Assembly (NCBI GenBank): GCA_050290185.1
Contig: JBNKHE010000001.1
Coordinates: 226,713 to 290,712, forward strand
Length of the DNA stretch: 64,000 bases
DNA from: Pontiella sp.
GTDB lineage: Bacteria; Verrucomicrobiota; Kiritimatiellia; Kiritimatiellales; Pontiellaceae
Direction: 5' to 3'
Shown here: positions 18,186-28,272 of the stretch, one piece after another
Layout of the letters: each line of letters begins with the position of its first letter
Position numbering within the stretch: position 1 is the first letter of the stretch
The notes under the pieces: generated by a model
Databases searched by the model: none
What the model was told of the DNA's origin: nothing
Seen by the model: the letters and a program-made list of their open reading frames with translations, nothing else
Made by a program: the position numbers and the translations under genes

Positions 18186-20083
18186 TTCGTAAAGTGCGGC
18201 TTCGATCCGGATTGCTGATCGCCGCAATGGCCCTTGTGTTCTCCGGCTGCACGTCCATTCGGAGCTACCGCAGCGCCGATCCCTACGTGATCACCCATCA
18301 TACCTGGTGGAACCATTACCAGCGCGGTCGCCTCCTGCTGCAAGAAGGAAACTATGCCGCAGCCCGCAAAGATTTCGAAATCGCCCTAGGACGGGTTCCG
18401 GGCGCGCGCTATCCCTATGCCCAGGAACGATGGCGCGCGCGCACCTACGGCATGCATATGATCGAGGGCTACTTCCCGCATCGGGAACTCGGAATCTGCC
18501 TGTTTGAAATGGATGAGCCCGCAGAAGCGTTGACCCTCTTGGAAACCTCCATGAAATTGGAACCCTCTGCTCGTGCAAAATTCTATATCAACCGCACCCA
18601 CGCAAAACTTGCCGAGGCCGCGGCACCTCCCCCCGTCATCGCGATCGATCCCCTCCCGGACTGGACCGGACAGAGGAACTACATCCTGCAGGGAACCGCC
18701 CTGGGATCAAACCGGATAGCCCGTCTCCGCATCAATGGCGAGCCGGAATTCATCGAACTGGCCACCCATCTGGTCCGTTTCCGAAAAAGCATCCCGCTCA
18801 CGGAGGGACACAATTCGATCCACATCGACGCCGAAGATATCTCCGGCAAACAGACCTCGACCAATCTGGTGCTGAGGGCCGACTGGACGCCTCCGCAAAT
18901 CTACCTCAGCCGCAACGGCACGGACCTTGTCATTACCTGCCGGGACAACCTCGGCCTCCATCAGTTGCAAACCGGCAACCGCACTCTATCCACCGACGGA
19001 ACGGAGTATACGTTTACCCAGCCGATCCTGCCGGACCAGCCCATTCGACTGACCGCCACCGATTGGGCCGGAAACAAAACCGACTGGGCGCTGTCTGAAA
19101 AAGAACTGCTGCATCTGGCCAGACGCACCGAAGCCGGACCGCCACGGGTACAAATCGACAATGCCGGAAAGAACCTCGTACTCTTCAATCCGGAATACAG
19201 CATGGATATTCGAGTGGATGATGATGTTGCGTTGAAATCGGTTGAACTCAACGGCGAAAGCTTGTTATCACGCACCACGCCCCTGTTCCGAACCCTTCGC
19301 CGCATTCCGCTTGTACCGGGCACCAACAATCTGGTCGTGATCGCCGAGGATTTTGATGGCAACCGAACGGAGAAGCGCGTCAGTGTAATTTACCGCAACC
19401 CCGAATATCTCGACCGAATCTACCGCCTCGCCGCCATGTGCTCGCCTCTTTCCGGCGAAATATCCGATCCGGCAATGGCACTACGGATCGATCACCTGAT
19501 CGAGAACACCCTGACCAGGGACCCGGTTCGATTCTACCTGCTCGCTCCAGATAACGAAACCCGGCAACTGCAAAGCGAACAGACCCTCTCGAATAGCGCC
19601 CTGGCCGACCCGCGCGCATTATTGAAAGCCGGTAAACTGCTGGATGCCGACTTGCTCTTTGCAACCCGGATATTGAGCGATGCCCCCGGGCAGACCGTTT
19701 ATACGCAGGTGCTGGACGCCCATAGCGGAGAGGAGCTGTTCATCGAGGATGTTTACGTGGAGAACCCCGATCGCTGGCCAGAGCAGTTGGATGGGCTGGT
19801 CATGAAGATTGAGCAACGTTTCCCGCTCATCCAAGGACGTGTACATACGTCGGGAAGCAGGCTGGTCATCAATGCCGGGGAGCGGAATGGCGCACAAAAG
19901 GGCATGCGGATGCTCGTGATCCGCTCCCAGGGATCCTTCGAACAGGGCCGCGTGGTCATGGACTCAAAGCGTCCGGTGGAACTCGTTATTTCCAGGGTTG
20001 CGTCCCAAACCTCCGAGGTTATAATGCCTCACGGACAACCCAGAGACTCTGTTCATGCGGGAGACTATGTTTTTTCAAGATGA
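18182..20083 (+). CDS. Lipoprotein with TPR region, Ig-like repeats and CsgG/TolB-N-like C-terminal region
   Basis: Lipobox FSGC; TPR-like HYQRG..AARKDF and RELGICL; repeated L..G.N.I.I.AED..G; AGKLLDAD. Confidence 0.75.
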   Translation: MIRKVRLRSGLLIAAMALVFSGCTSIRSYRSADPYVITHHTWWNHYQRGRLLLQEGNYAAARKDFEIALGRVPGARYPYAQERWRARTYGMHMIEGYFPHRELGICLFEMDEPAEALTLLETSMKLEPSARAKFYINRTHAKLAEAAAPPPVIAIDPLPDWTGQRNYILQGTALGSNRIARLRINGEPEFIELATHLVRFRKSIPLTEGHNSIHIDAEDISGKQTSTNLVLRADWTPPQIYLSRNGTDLVITCRDNLGLHQLQTGNRTLSTDGTEYTFTQPILPDQPIRLTATDWAGNKTDWALSEKELLHLARRTEAGPPRVQIDNAGKNLVLFNPEYSMDIRVDDDVALKSVELNGESLLSRTTPLFRTLRRIPLVPGTNNLVVIAEDFDGNRTEKRVSVIYRNPEYLDRIYRLAAMCSPLSGEISDPAMALRIDHLIENTLTRDPVRFYLLAPDNETRQLQSEQTLSNSALADPRALLKAGKLLDADLLFATRILSDAPGQTVYTQVLDAHSGEELFIEDVYVENPDRWPEQLDGLVMKIEQRFPLIQGRVHTSGSRLVINAGERNGAQKGMRMLVIRSQGSFEQGRVVMDSKRPVELVISRVASQTSEVIMPHGQPRDSVHAGDYVFSR

Positions 20084-21720
20084 AATCGTACTTCCAGCCC
20101 ATTCTGCTTAGTGCCGTCGTATTGATGGTCGCGGCCTGCGGCCACAAGGAGCCAGAGACATCGCTGCAGAAAACCGGTCCGTCAACAGACCAGCCGCTTA
20201 ATTATTATGCGTTGGTGATCGGTGTCAGCGATTACTCGAGCACCGGCTGGCCGAATCTGGGAACCGCAGGCGATGACGCCAAGGCCATGGGCTCCGTTCT
20301 GCGAGACCGTTATGGCTTTAACGTCACGGAATTGACGGACAAGCAGGCAACCCGGGGGAATATCCTGCGTGCACTTGATCGGTTTATGCAGCTGACGGCC
20401 AACGATGCACTGCTCATCTATTTTGCCGGCCACGGCTATTACGACAAGCAGATGGACGAGGGCTACTGGATCCCATATGGCGCCAAGCGGCAGCGGATGG
20501 ACCAGCCAGCCAAGGAAGATTGGCTCTGGAACAGCAGCATCAACCGGGTGCTCGGCGCCCTGCCGGCCAGACATGTCTTGCTGGTCGCCGATACCTGCTA
20601 CGGCGGATCGCTTTTCCGGGGGGACGACAATCCCGACAAGTCCGGAAACTGGTACCGGCGCGCCATGTCGGTTCCGTCGCGCTACCTCATCACCAGCGGC
20701 AATCTGGAACCGGTGCTCGACAGCGGTATTCGCCATAGCGTCTTTGCACAGCAAATCCTCAACTACCTCCAATACACCGATGAGGATGTCTTTTCGGCAT
20801 CGGATATCGCCATATCCATCCGCTCCAAAGTGAGCGAGCTGACGGGACAGCTCGTGCGCATGGGCCCGTTGGCCTCCCCGGCCAATGCCGGTGGGGAATT
20901 TGTATTTGTTCGCGGTGAAACCGCATTGCCGCCGATCGAACCCGCTTCCGAAACAGCACCACAGATCACATCATTCAGCAGCACCGGAACACGCGGAGCG
21001 CTTGAGGATCTGGCCAACCAGATGGAACGCTATTCCAGCAAGGCATCAGACGACAGCTTTGTCCGTCCCCGCGTTCTCGCCTGCCTCGGACCAACCGGAG
21101 ACAATCCCGAAGAAACGGCGATGGTGCGCAATCGATTGTACGAGAGTCTGGATACAATCGGGGGATGCATCCTGGTTGAACGCGAAGCCTTCGACACCCT
21201 CCTGCAAGAAATGGAACTGGGGCAATCAAGGTTGGCCGACAAACGAGCCACGACCGAAATCGGAAAACTGCTTCCTGCCAGTCTGATTCTGTTCGGGGAA
21301 ATCATTCCCGTGGGCAACCGACAGGAAATCCACATCCGGATTGTCGATACCGAAACCTCGCGCGTACTCAGCTCCACTTCCGCGATGTTCACAAGCTACG
21401 ATGAACTGGAGGCCACCTGCCAGAAACTCGCCCGGCAGATCATGACGACCGTGAATCAGGCGCGCCCGGTATTGCTGGAGGCAAACGTTACGGACAACGG
21501 AACACTGCAAGCCGGATGGGGCCGATTCCACGGAGCCCACATCGGCGACACGTTCAAGATCATCACACGCGAGGCCGTCGGAACCATTTCCCAACGGGAT
21601 GTCCTGCTGGGAACAGCCCGTCTTCTTTCGCTGGGCGAAGAAACCGCCGAGTTCCAACCGGAATGGCGCAACTCCGAAACCAACCAGCCGGCTAGCCTGT
21701 GGCTGAAAGCAACGCTGTAA
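20080..21720 (+). CDS. Caspase-like (peptidase C14) lipoprotein with CsgG-like domain
   Basis: Lipobox VAAC; ALVIG; YFAGHG (His) and ADTCYGG (Cys) dyad; HSVFA; LVERE..LLQEMEL..IGKLL. Confidence 0.88.
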   Translation: MKSYFQPILLSAVVLMVAACGHKEPETSLQKTGPSTDQPLNYYALVIGVSDYSSTGWPNLGTAGDDAKAMGSVLRDRYGFNVTELTDKQATRGNILRALDRFMQLTANDALLIYFAGHGYYDKQMDEGYWIPYGAKRQRMDQPAKEDWLWNSSINRVLGALPARHVLLVADTCYGGSLFRGDDNPDKSGNWYRRAMSVPSRYLITSGNLEPVLDSGIRHSVFAQQILNYLQYTDEDVFSASDIAISIRSKVSELTGQLVRMGPLASPANAGGEFVFVRGETALPPIEPASETAPQITSFSSTGTRGALEDLANQMERYSSKASDDSFVRPRVLACLGPTGDNPEETAMVRNRLYESLDTIGGCILVEREAFDTLLQEMELGQSRLADKRATTEIGKLLPASLILFGEIIPVGNRQEIHIRIVDTETSRVLSSTSAMFTSYDELEATCQKLARQIMTTVNQARPVLLEANVTDNGTLQAGWGRFHGAHIGDTFKIITREAVGTISQRDVLLGTARLLSLGEETAEFQPEWRNSETNQPASLWLKATL

Positions 21721-22384
21721 CAACCTCTTCGTCCGGACCCACGAGGCCCCGCATGGCCGCATGACGCATAAAGCTGGTTGCGGCGTATTGAAAATCCGCG
21801 CCTGTACTGAAATCCATCTTTGCCCGGATGCGTTCCCGGAAGCTTTCCACCGTCTTAACGCTTACGTTCATCATTGCGGCAATGCGTTGTGGAACATACC
21901 CACATCCCGTGAGGCAGAAAACCTCGGCCTCCCGCTTCGAAAGTTGCAACAGGCCTTCCTGTGTTACTTGCTCCTGCCGACGTAACTCACTCAAATACAG
22001 CATCTTCTTTCGGGCAGAACGAATGGCATCAACAAGATCCTTCATCGAATCCTGCGGAGTCACGTATCCGTCCGCTTCGGCTTGCAGGGCTTGCCCCAGA
22101 TCGGAGCTCTCAAACTCCGGGTCCCACGAAAGCGCCACAATGCTCAACCCGCAATAATCGCTTTTCAATTGCTGCAGCGAGGATATCCCGGCACTGCTCA
22201 ACGAAACATTCATGACCAGAACATGTGGCTTTTGCAGCTCGATCAAAGCCCTCACATCATCAATCCCGGATGCGATCCCGCACACATCAATACACGACTC
22301 CTGCTTTAGCCGCTCTACCATCATTCCACGCATCAGGCCATACTCATGGGCAACCACGACCCGAATCTTCTCATTCCGCACCAT
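21692..22384 (-). CDS. NarL/FixJ-type regulator with degenerate receiver and LuxR HTH
   Basis: AGGAGG RBS; LSKREAEVF..IAAMMNVSVKTVESFRERIRAKM; receiver lacks the DD pair, phospho-Asp and Lys. Confidence 0.87.
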   Translation of the reverse strand: MVRNEKIRVVVAHEYGLMRGMMVERLKQESCIDVCGIASGIDDVRALIELQKPHVLVMNVSLSSAGISSLQQLKSDYCGLSIVALSWDPEFESSDLGQALQAEADGYVTPQDSMKDLVDAIRSARKKMLYLSELRRQEQVTQEGLLQLSKREAEVFCLTGCGYVPQRIAAMMNVSVKTVESFRERIRAKMDFSTGADFQYAATSFMRHAAMRGLVGPDEEVVTALLSATG

Positions 22385-22439
22385 AACAACCTCCTGGTTC
22401 GATTTTACATAAGTGTTTGTCTCACCAGTCGGATGTGTA

Positions 22440-22487
22440 TGTAGGAATCTTCCCCACAAAATTAAAAAAAGGGGAAAATCCCCCACA
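22440..22487. promoter_or_regulatory. 19-bp palindrome plus a weaker second copy upstream of the NarL-type regulator
   Basis: TGTAGGAA-TCT-TCCCCACA (22440-22458); AAGGGGAA-AAT-CCCCCACA (22469-22487). Confidence 0.62.
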
Positions 22488-22963
22488 ACCAATCCCAATT
22501 AAACCTCAAGTTGGATTTTTCCCTTACAGAATGGGTACGAAAACTTCCCCGGGAGCTGGTCGGCTCGGGGTGATAGCAATGAAAACCGGTTCTCCGTTTG
22601 GTTCGCAACTGGTTTCAGGTATCCTTTCCGGATAGCGATGCGAGTGGAGAGTGAACGGAGAATATGCCGCGATGCGACGGTGTTACGTGACCAGTTTTAG
22701 GGATGGAGAAAACGGGAAAGCCTGCATTTATTGGCGAAAACGGGTGGTATAATGAAAGAGCGAACCTCCGAAGAAGTTCGCTGAGCGTCGGAGACGAGAA
22801 GTCGTCGGTCTCCGCTTGCGCCAGAGGCGCGGCCCGGCGTGAACCTGTTCGCGTCACAGGAAAAAGAGGAAGAAAAGAGATAAAACAGGTGTTTCCGCAT
22901 GAGCCCCATCCGTAGCACGTTCCTTATTATCAGTATATCTTACCATTGATATCGTGGTGTTCC

Positions 22964-24283
22964 CTATTCCTTCCCGAGGGCGCTGAAGTTCGGGCCATCC
23001 AGTGTCATTTCATTCGGATCGGCCTTCATTTTAGGTACCAGTTTTTCGTTGACCGGAACGGTCTTGAAAACGGGGAGAACCTTGCGCGGCCCCGCATCGG
23101 ATGAAACCGTTCCATAGTTCTTCCCCTGCTGTTCGATTAGCAGACGACAACCGAACCAACCGCCGGGAATCTCGCCGATCACAACCTCCATGTCGGCCCG
23201 TTGTCCCTTTTTCAGATTAACCCAGTCCCCAACGACCAGACGGTTGGCCGCACACATATAGTTATTATCCCTATTGACAGACTGTCCATCGTCGCCCTTG
23301 ATTCCACCTAGCAGACCGCTAAATCCTCCGCCGTCGACAATCCCCTGGGCGAGCTTCGGAAAGACATCCCGCCAGTCAGCACCCTTGAATGCCCCATAGT
23401 CGGCCCGGTTGATCTGGAATTTCCGACTCTCCTCGTCGCGACTCTTCCAACTGGTCATCCTGCCGATATGCTCAGGCCAGCAGGCATCCAGAACCAGCCG
23501 TCGATTCACCCGAACCACCAGCACATCGTCCGCCAAGCCCCAAAACCGGAATTTCCCGTCTTCAGGCGCGACAATCTGGCCCCGGTAGACGCAAATCCAG
23601 TAGCTCGGCTTCACTTGGTCTGCCACGTCAAAAGCCTTTGGGGCGGCATTGGCAGACATCGGCGGAAAATTGAACGCAGTGACATATTTTTGTTTGGGGG
23701 CAACGAAATAGTCCCTCAGCTCCGCGGCCTTCATGCCCGATCGAATGAATCGGTTTATTTCCTGCATGCACAAATTCTGTGCCTCGGGGTTGAATGTGTT
23801 TTTCTCCGCCAACTTCCCGATATCCGTAAGTTTATGGTCCGGCGTTTGTTTCAGATCATAGAAATGGCCGATGAACTCGTTTCCGCTCCCCCGGCTTTTA
23901 CTGCTGCCGAACAAATCCATGTCAAAATTAAATCCGAGCCCTCCTAAACCCTCTCCACGACCGGCACCCATCCCCCCCACTACGCCGACGATTTCCGGCA
24001 TTTGTATTGTGACGGCCTTAAGCTTCGGCTTTGCGATGATGTTCTGCCGCAGTTTGGGAGCCTGCGTTTTCTTTTGCTTGACCGGCACTTGAAGTTTTCG
24101 AAGCTTCATTTTCGGACGTTTAACTTCCGTAGCCTCAAAACTCTGCTCGGGCTTGATGATCACCTGCACGGCAACAAAAGAGAAGGCCACGATAAGCAAT
24201 ACCGCGTGTATAATGACGCTCACGACCAGCGCACTCGATTTCCTGTGATTTAGAAAGTACCGCTTTTTGGGTTTGTTATCCAT
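22964..24283 (-). CDS. Membrane-anchored protein with PA14-like domain
   Basis: N-terminal TM SVIIHAVLL; Gly-rich linker; YRGQIVAPEDGKFRFWGLADDVLVVRVN. Confidence 0.7.
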   Translation of the reverse strand: MDNKPKKRYFLNHRKSSALVVSVIIHAVLLIVAFSFVAVQVIIKPEQSFEATEVKRPKMKLRKLQVPVKQKKTQAPKLRQNIIAKPKLKAVTIQMPEIVGVVGGMGAGRGEGLGGLGFNFDMDLFGSSKSRGSGNEFIGHFYDLKQTPDHKLTDIGKLAEKNTFNPEAQNLCMQEINRFIRSGMKAAELRDYFVAPKQKYVTAFNFPPMSANAAPKAFDVADQVKPSYWICVYRGQIVAPEDGKFRFWGLADDVLVVRVNRRLVLDACWPEHIGRMTSWKSRDEESRKFQINRADYGAFKGADWRDVFPKLAQGIVDGGGFSGLLGGIKGDDGQSVNRDNNYMCAANRLVVGDWVNLKKGQRADMEVVIGEIPGGWFGCRLLIEQQGKNYGTVSSDAGPRKVLPVFKTVPVNEKLVPKMKADPNEMTLDGPNFSALGKE

Positions 24284-24468
24284 TTCGATCTCGGTCCATT
24301 ACCTGGCCTGCAACAGGCCGCCAGTGGTTCGCTTGTTTCCCGACATGTATTGAACAGACTATAGGCAGCCCCCGCCTTTTCAATCCGCATTTTCGAACGG
24401 AGCATTCTGAAACATGAAACTGCCGAGTCATTTCTCTGCATAGAAAAAACGGGGCGGCGAAGATGGGC

Positions 24469-24504
24469 AAAAACAATCGGCGGGATGCAAGCGCACCCCG
24501 CCGA
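24469..24504 (-). terminator. Rho-independent terminator candidate
   Basis: Minus strand reads TCGGCGGGGTGC-GCTT-GCATCCCGCCGA then TTGTTTTT, 25 nt after the stop at 24530. Confidence 0.7.
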
Positions 24505-24529
24505 CCATCTTGATCAACGTGCAATCGGG

Positions 24530-27433
24530 TTAATGGCCTTCGATCTTGAAGAATTCCTGGCTCGAAGAAGCTGGCACCGATACGGAGGTCGTCGTGCCGA
24601 CTCCCGTAATTCCATTCGTGACCTCCGTCCAGGTCGAAGCCTTCAGACTGGTCTTGTGCATAATCCTGTAGGAGATACCATACTCCGAATCCCACCTCAA
24701 GGAAGCCATGCCTCCGGAGATCACCATCGTCTGGATATCAGGAGAAACCCCAGGTCCATCGGCTCGCCTCACGAGCTGGTACGCACTGCTGTAGCTGGAC
24801 CCGAATTCGATCATGCCACTCGCATCGGGCGTGACCTCTGCGATAACCGCATAGTTCGTGCCCAGTACATAGTTGGTGGGATTTGCCACGAGCGCAGCCC
24901 GGTCCAGAGCGATCGTGGCATCCGGCATATTCGCGGTGCCGGCCGTAAGGCTGAATGTCTTCGTATCATCGCCGCGGTTCCACGTCCAATAGATGTAGAC
25001 ATCGTAGGCGGCATTGGTATCCAACCCGGTAAACCGTGTCCAACCGTTGTCATTGTCGCCAATGGTAGCTCCCCAGATCGTGTTGGAAAGCGCGGTGAAT
25101 TCGTCGTAGTACCCTGCCCACGACGCGGGGCCATCGTCCCAGGTGCTAACACCAACTTCAAAACCGACCGTGTTCGTGTTGGATTCGTTTGCGGCAGACA
25201 ACTGCACCAGCCCGGGAACCACCCATTTATTCCCTGTGGAAAAGTAGTTGTACCACGTACCGATTCCACCGGTAGTCGGAGCAACCAGCACAATTCCATC
25301 CGCTACCGATCCAGAGCCCTCAAACCCTGCCATATTGACGTTGTACAGCTCCAGGGCAGCGGCTGCAGGAGTCGCGAAATGATCGAACCAGTAGAACGAC
25401 CACTCGTTGGTGTGGGAGTACGTCAACCCGTCCGTCAAACCGTAACCACTCGTAATCATCATGACCGTTTGCAGCCCGTTGGAAAGCGCGGTTGCGCCGT
25501 AGCTGACCGTGTTGGTGTCCGACAATCCGTACAGCGACGATTCGGAGGCTACAAGGTCGCCGTTCAGGTACAGCTCCATGGAATCGACTCCAGCGTCAAC
25601 ATTGTACATGGTACCGGAAATATCGACCACATCGTTGGTAAAACGCGATCCCTCCGCAGGAATCATCTCCCCTTCGGCATATGGGACAAAAAAGGAAACC
25701 GGCACGTCCGAGCGCTTCACAATCTGCATGCCGGACCATCCGCCGTCGCTGTTCTGGCTTCTAACCTGGATCACACCGTTCGAACTGGGAACAACGTCGG
25801 CGAAGACCGCATAGTTCTGGCCTTCCACGAGATTCGAATAGGAACCGGCATTGGCCTGCACCGGCGTAACCGTCGCGGATGGCAACGGCGCCATTCCCTC
25901 GGTAACCGTGAAGGTCGACATGCTCGTGGTCCACCCCCACGTGAAGTAGCAATAGATGTCGTAGGTGGCGTTCGTATCGAGCCCGCTGATGACCATGTTG
26001 CCGTCGAACCCGCCGGAACCGAGATAGCCATTGAACAACCCTGCGTAGCCAAATCCACCGTTGCTCCAGTCGTGTGCCGTACCGGACCACGTCAGGCTGA
26101 TCGTGTTCGTGCCGTACGCATTGTTGATCGTGAGCGGCGAAGCCGGAGTCCACGATTCCCAGCCATTCACGGTGGGCGCGACCAGATTGTTCCAACGGTC
26201 GCTGGAGGTGAGCGCTGGAGCCTTGACCACGGTCCCGTCGGGCACTGTCATGTTAGAGCCAGTGCGGCCGGCATAGTTGATATTGTACAGCTCAGATGCA
26301 TACAGAGCGGGTTCTGGAACGGTATCGATGAAAGTAAATGACCATACGTTGGTAAAATACTGGAGATCCGTTGTCGTCGTGACGACCATTCCGGTGTGCG
26401 TACCGGCGGCAATCGAAGAACCGTCGTAGGTTACAATGGCCGAGGCAGCCCCCGGAGCGACATTGGTGGTTGCAACAGAAGCGCCGTCGACATAGAGATC
26501 CAGAGTATCGATGGTCAGCCCAAAGGGATACATGGTAGCCGAGACGATGCGGTTGGTGGTCGAGTCCCCATCGGCAGGAACAACTGGACCCTCAGCAACC
26601 GGGAACTGCAAAACGAAACCAGCCGGAACCAGCGTTTCGTCGGAAATGGCCACCGCATCGATCTTGCCACTGTATCCGTCGCTTTTGCTACCCTGCCACA
26701 TGCCCCGGCAAACGGACCAGTCGCCTCCGTTCCAGGTGTGTGCCTGATCAGCACCCGTACCCGTGCCGGAATCGAGTTCCAACCCGGCATTCGACATGGT
26801 ATTCGACGCAATCAATTGGCCATCAAGGTAGAGTAAAAGATTACTATCATCCGCCGTTGCCGCGAGATGATGCCACTGGTCTGCGTTGATTTCCACCGCA
26901 TCCGGTCCGGTCACTTCCGTCTGCACGCCCGACACGTCTCTCCATAGAACCTGCGGACGGCCCTGGTCGTTCAGGAGCAAGCGAAAGGAAGGCGCGTCTG
27001 CCACGTTTCCTGCGCGACATACCAAAACGTCCCACTGATGGGATTCCACCGTGAACACCGACTCGACCGTGAGGGTGACCGGTGTGATGGTACGGATATC
27101 GACGCCCGAGGGCACCGTGTTGCTCACCGTACGCAGATCTTCCCAATCCCACGAGCCTACTCCGACTCCCAGGATGCTCCAGTCGCCGAAATAGCTGTTT
27201 GTGTTCGACCATATTTCCTTCCCAGCACTCCCGTCGGTCCACAGGCTCAGATCGTTTCCGTTTCCGGATTTATCGGTTGCGGACACCACGAAGGCATCAT
27301 TTGTCGTATAAGGAAGGCTTACCCCATTCGCCGCAAAGATATCGTCGAAATCCCACAGCGCTATCGTCGACGCCATGGCACTGCTGCCGATGGCAAGCAA
27401 CCCCAGTAATAACCACTTTAGTTTCATTTTCAT
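24530..27433 (-). CDS. Large secreted non-catalytic protein: LamG domain, duplicated beta-sandwich modules and C-terminal domain
   Basis: Signal peptide (start 27433 or 27427, AGAGGAG RBS); WHHLAAT..LYLDG..GKID; internal duplication. Confidence 0.82.
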   Translation of the reverse strand: MKMKLKWLLLGLLAIGSSAMASTIALWDFDDIFAANGVSLPYTTNDAFVVSATDKSGNGNDLSLWTDGSAGKEIWSNTNSYFGDWSILGVGVGSWDWEDLRTVSNTVPSGVDIRTITPVTLTVESVFTVESHQWDVLVCRAGNVADAPSFRLLLNDQGRPQVLWRDVSGVQTEVTGPDAVEINADQWHHLAATADDSNLLLYLDGQLIASNTMSNAGLELDSGTGTGADQAHTWNGGDWSVCRGMWQGSKSDGYSGKIDAVAISDETLVPAGFVLQFPVAEGPVVPADGDSTTNRIVSATMYPFGLTIDTLDLYVDGASVATTNVAPGAASAIVTYDGSSIAAGTHTGMVVTTTTDLQYFTNVWSFTFIDTVPEPALYASELYNINYAGRTGSNMTVPDGTVVKAPALTSSDRWNNLVAPTVNGWESWTPASPLTINNAYGTNTISLTWSGTAHDWSNGGFGYAGLFNGYLGSGGFDGNMVISGLDTNATYDIYCYFTWGWTTSMSTFTVTEGMAPLPSATVTPVQANAGSYSNLVEGQNYAVFADVVPSSNGVIQVRSQNSDGGWSGMQIVKRSDVPVSFFVPYAEGEMIPAEGSRFTNDVVDISGTMYNVDAGVDSMELYLNGDLVASESSLYGLSDTNTVSYGATALSNGLQTVMMITSGYGLTDGLTYSHTNEWSFYWFDHFATPAAAALELYNVNMAGFEGSGSVADGIVLVAPTTGGIGTWYNYFSTGNKWVVPGLVQLSAANESNTNTVGFEVGVSTWDDGPASWAGYYDEFTALSNTIWGATIGDNDNGWTRFTGLDTNAAYDVYIYWTWNRGDDTKTFSLTAGTANMPDATIALDRAALVANPTNYVLGTNYAVIAEVTPDASGMIEFGSSYSSAYQLVRRADGPGVSPDIQTMVISGGMASLRWDSEYGISYRIMHKTSLKASTWTEVTNGITGVGTTTSVSVPASSSQEFFKIEGH

Positions 27434-28086
27434 CTCCTCTAGCCATTCATCGTTGATCGGCATGGGTACGCACCCAAGGACACCGTTCCCAACGACAATC
27501 CTCCAATACGGAACCAGCCTTAGCCTTCTCGCATTTGTACCCATATTAATCATATTGATCCCTCTCGCAATCAGCACTATTGAATGGCCAATATACGATT
27601 ATGAAACTACCTTTGCGGCCTAACTGAATAAGGGATAGTGCTTTACTCGCATGCACATAATTCTGAAGAAGCGGACGCGCCAACCAGACGACCTGGTTTC
27701 GAATGCATATTGAAAAAGTGTAGCGTCTGCCACGCCTTCGCATTCCGCGATCTCTTTGGCAACCTTATCGTCAAGGCAAGGGCGAAATTCGATACAGTCC
27801 TGCGGCATGTAGCGGAATCGGCTGACTGAATTCTCTCTCAAAAGCACCGACATTCATTTGTGCCCACAGGTCGCGAACCGAGGCCTTGCCCCAGATTCCC
27901 AGATCCTTGTAATCGCCGGCGACCCTGCTGCGTTCCGGCTTCAGGTGTTTTTTGGGCGATTATCGACCGTACGGTTCTTTCTCACCGGATGAGGCCAGTT
28001 CCCGGTCGAGGTCTGTCAGCTTCAGTATTCCTGCCGGGCCGGAAACCGTCGGATCGATCCAGACTGCGCGGTCGTAGTATGTGCCC

Positions 28087-28272
28087 CGTTACCGCCATCC
28101 CCAGACGGCGGGTATTTTTTATGAGCACGTTGATATCAATCACATCCAACTTCGGTTCGCCGTCGATCCGACGGCTCTGGTAATCGGGATGCGACAAGTT
28201 GAATGGGTCGGCGTTGCTCTGCGCATTGAACAGCGCCACATATTTATCGTTGCTTCCAGGCACATCGACGAT
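28087..28272 (-). pseudogene. Remnant resembling the C-terminal part of a GH27-type glycosidase
   Basis: VDVPGSNDKYVALFN...IDINVLIKNTRRLGMAVT with no catalytic domain or credible start. Confidence 0.45.

Noticed and set aside
18182..21720. Curli secretion system
   Set aside because: CsgG-like domains are fused to TPR and caspase domains; no curlin repeats or csgE/F
12096..22487. CRISPR array from the repeated palindromes
   Set aside because: Copies are mostly kilobases apart with no regular spacers and no cas genes
24357..24390. Third copy of the ECF promoter upstream of the PA14-like gene
   Set aside because: Shares GCCTATAG but lacks TGGCCGG at the correct spacing
24485..26341. 618-aa plus-strand ORF
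   Set aside because: Antisense shadow of the LamG protein gene; no motifs
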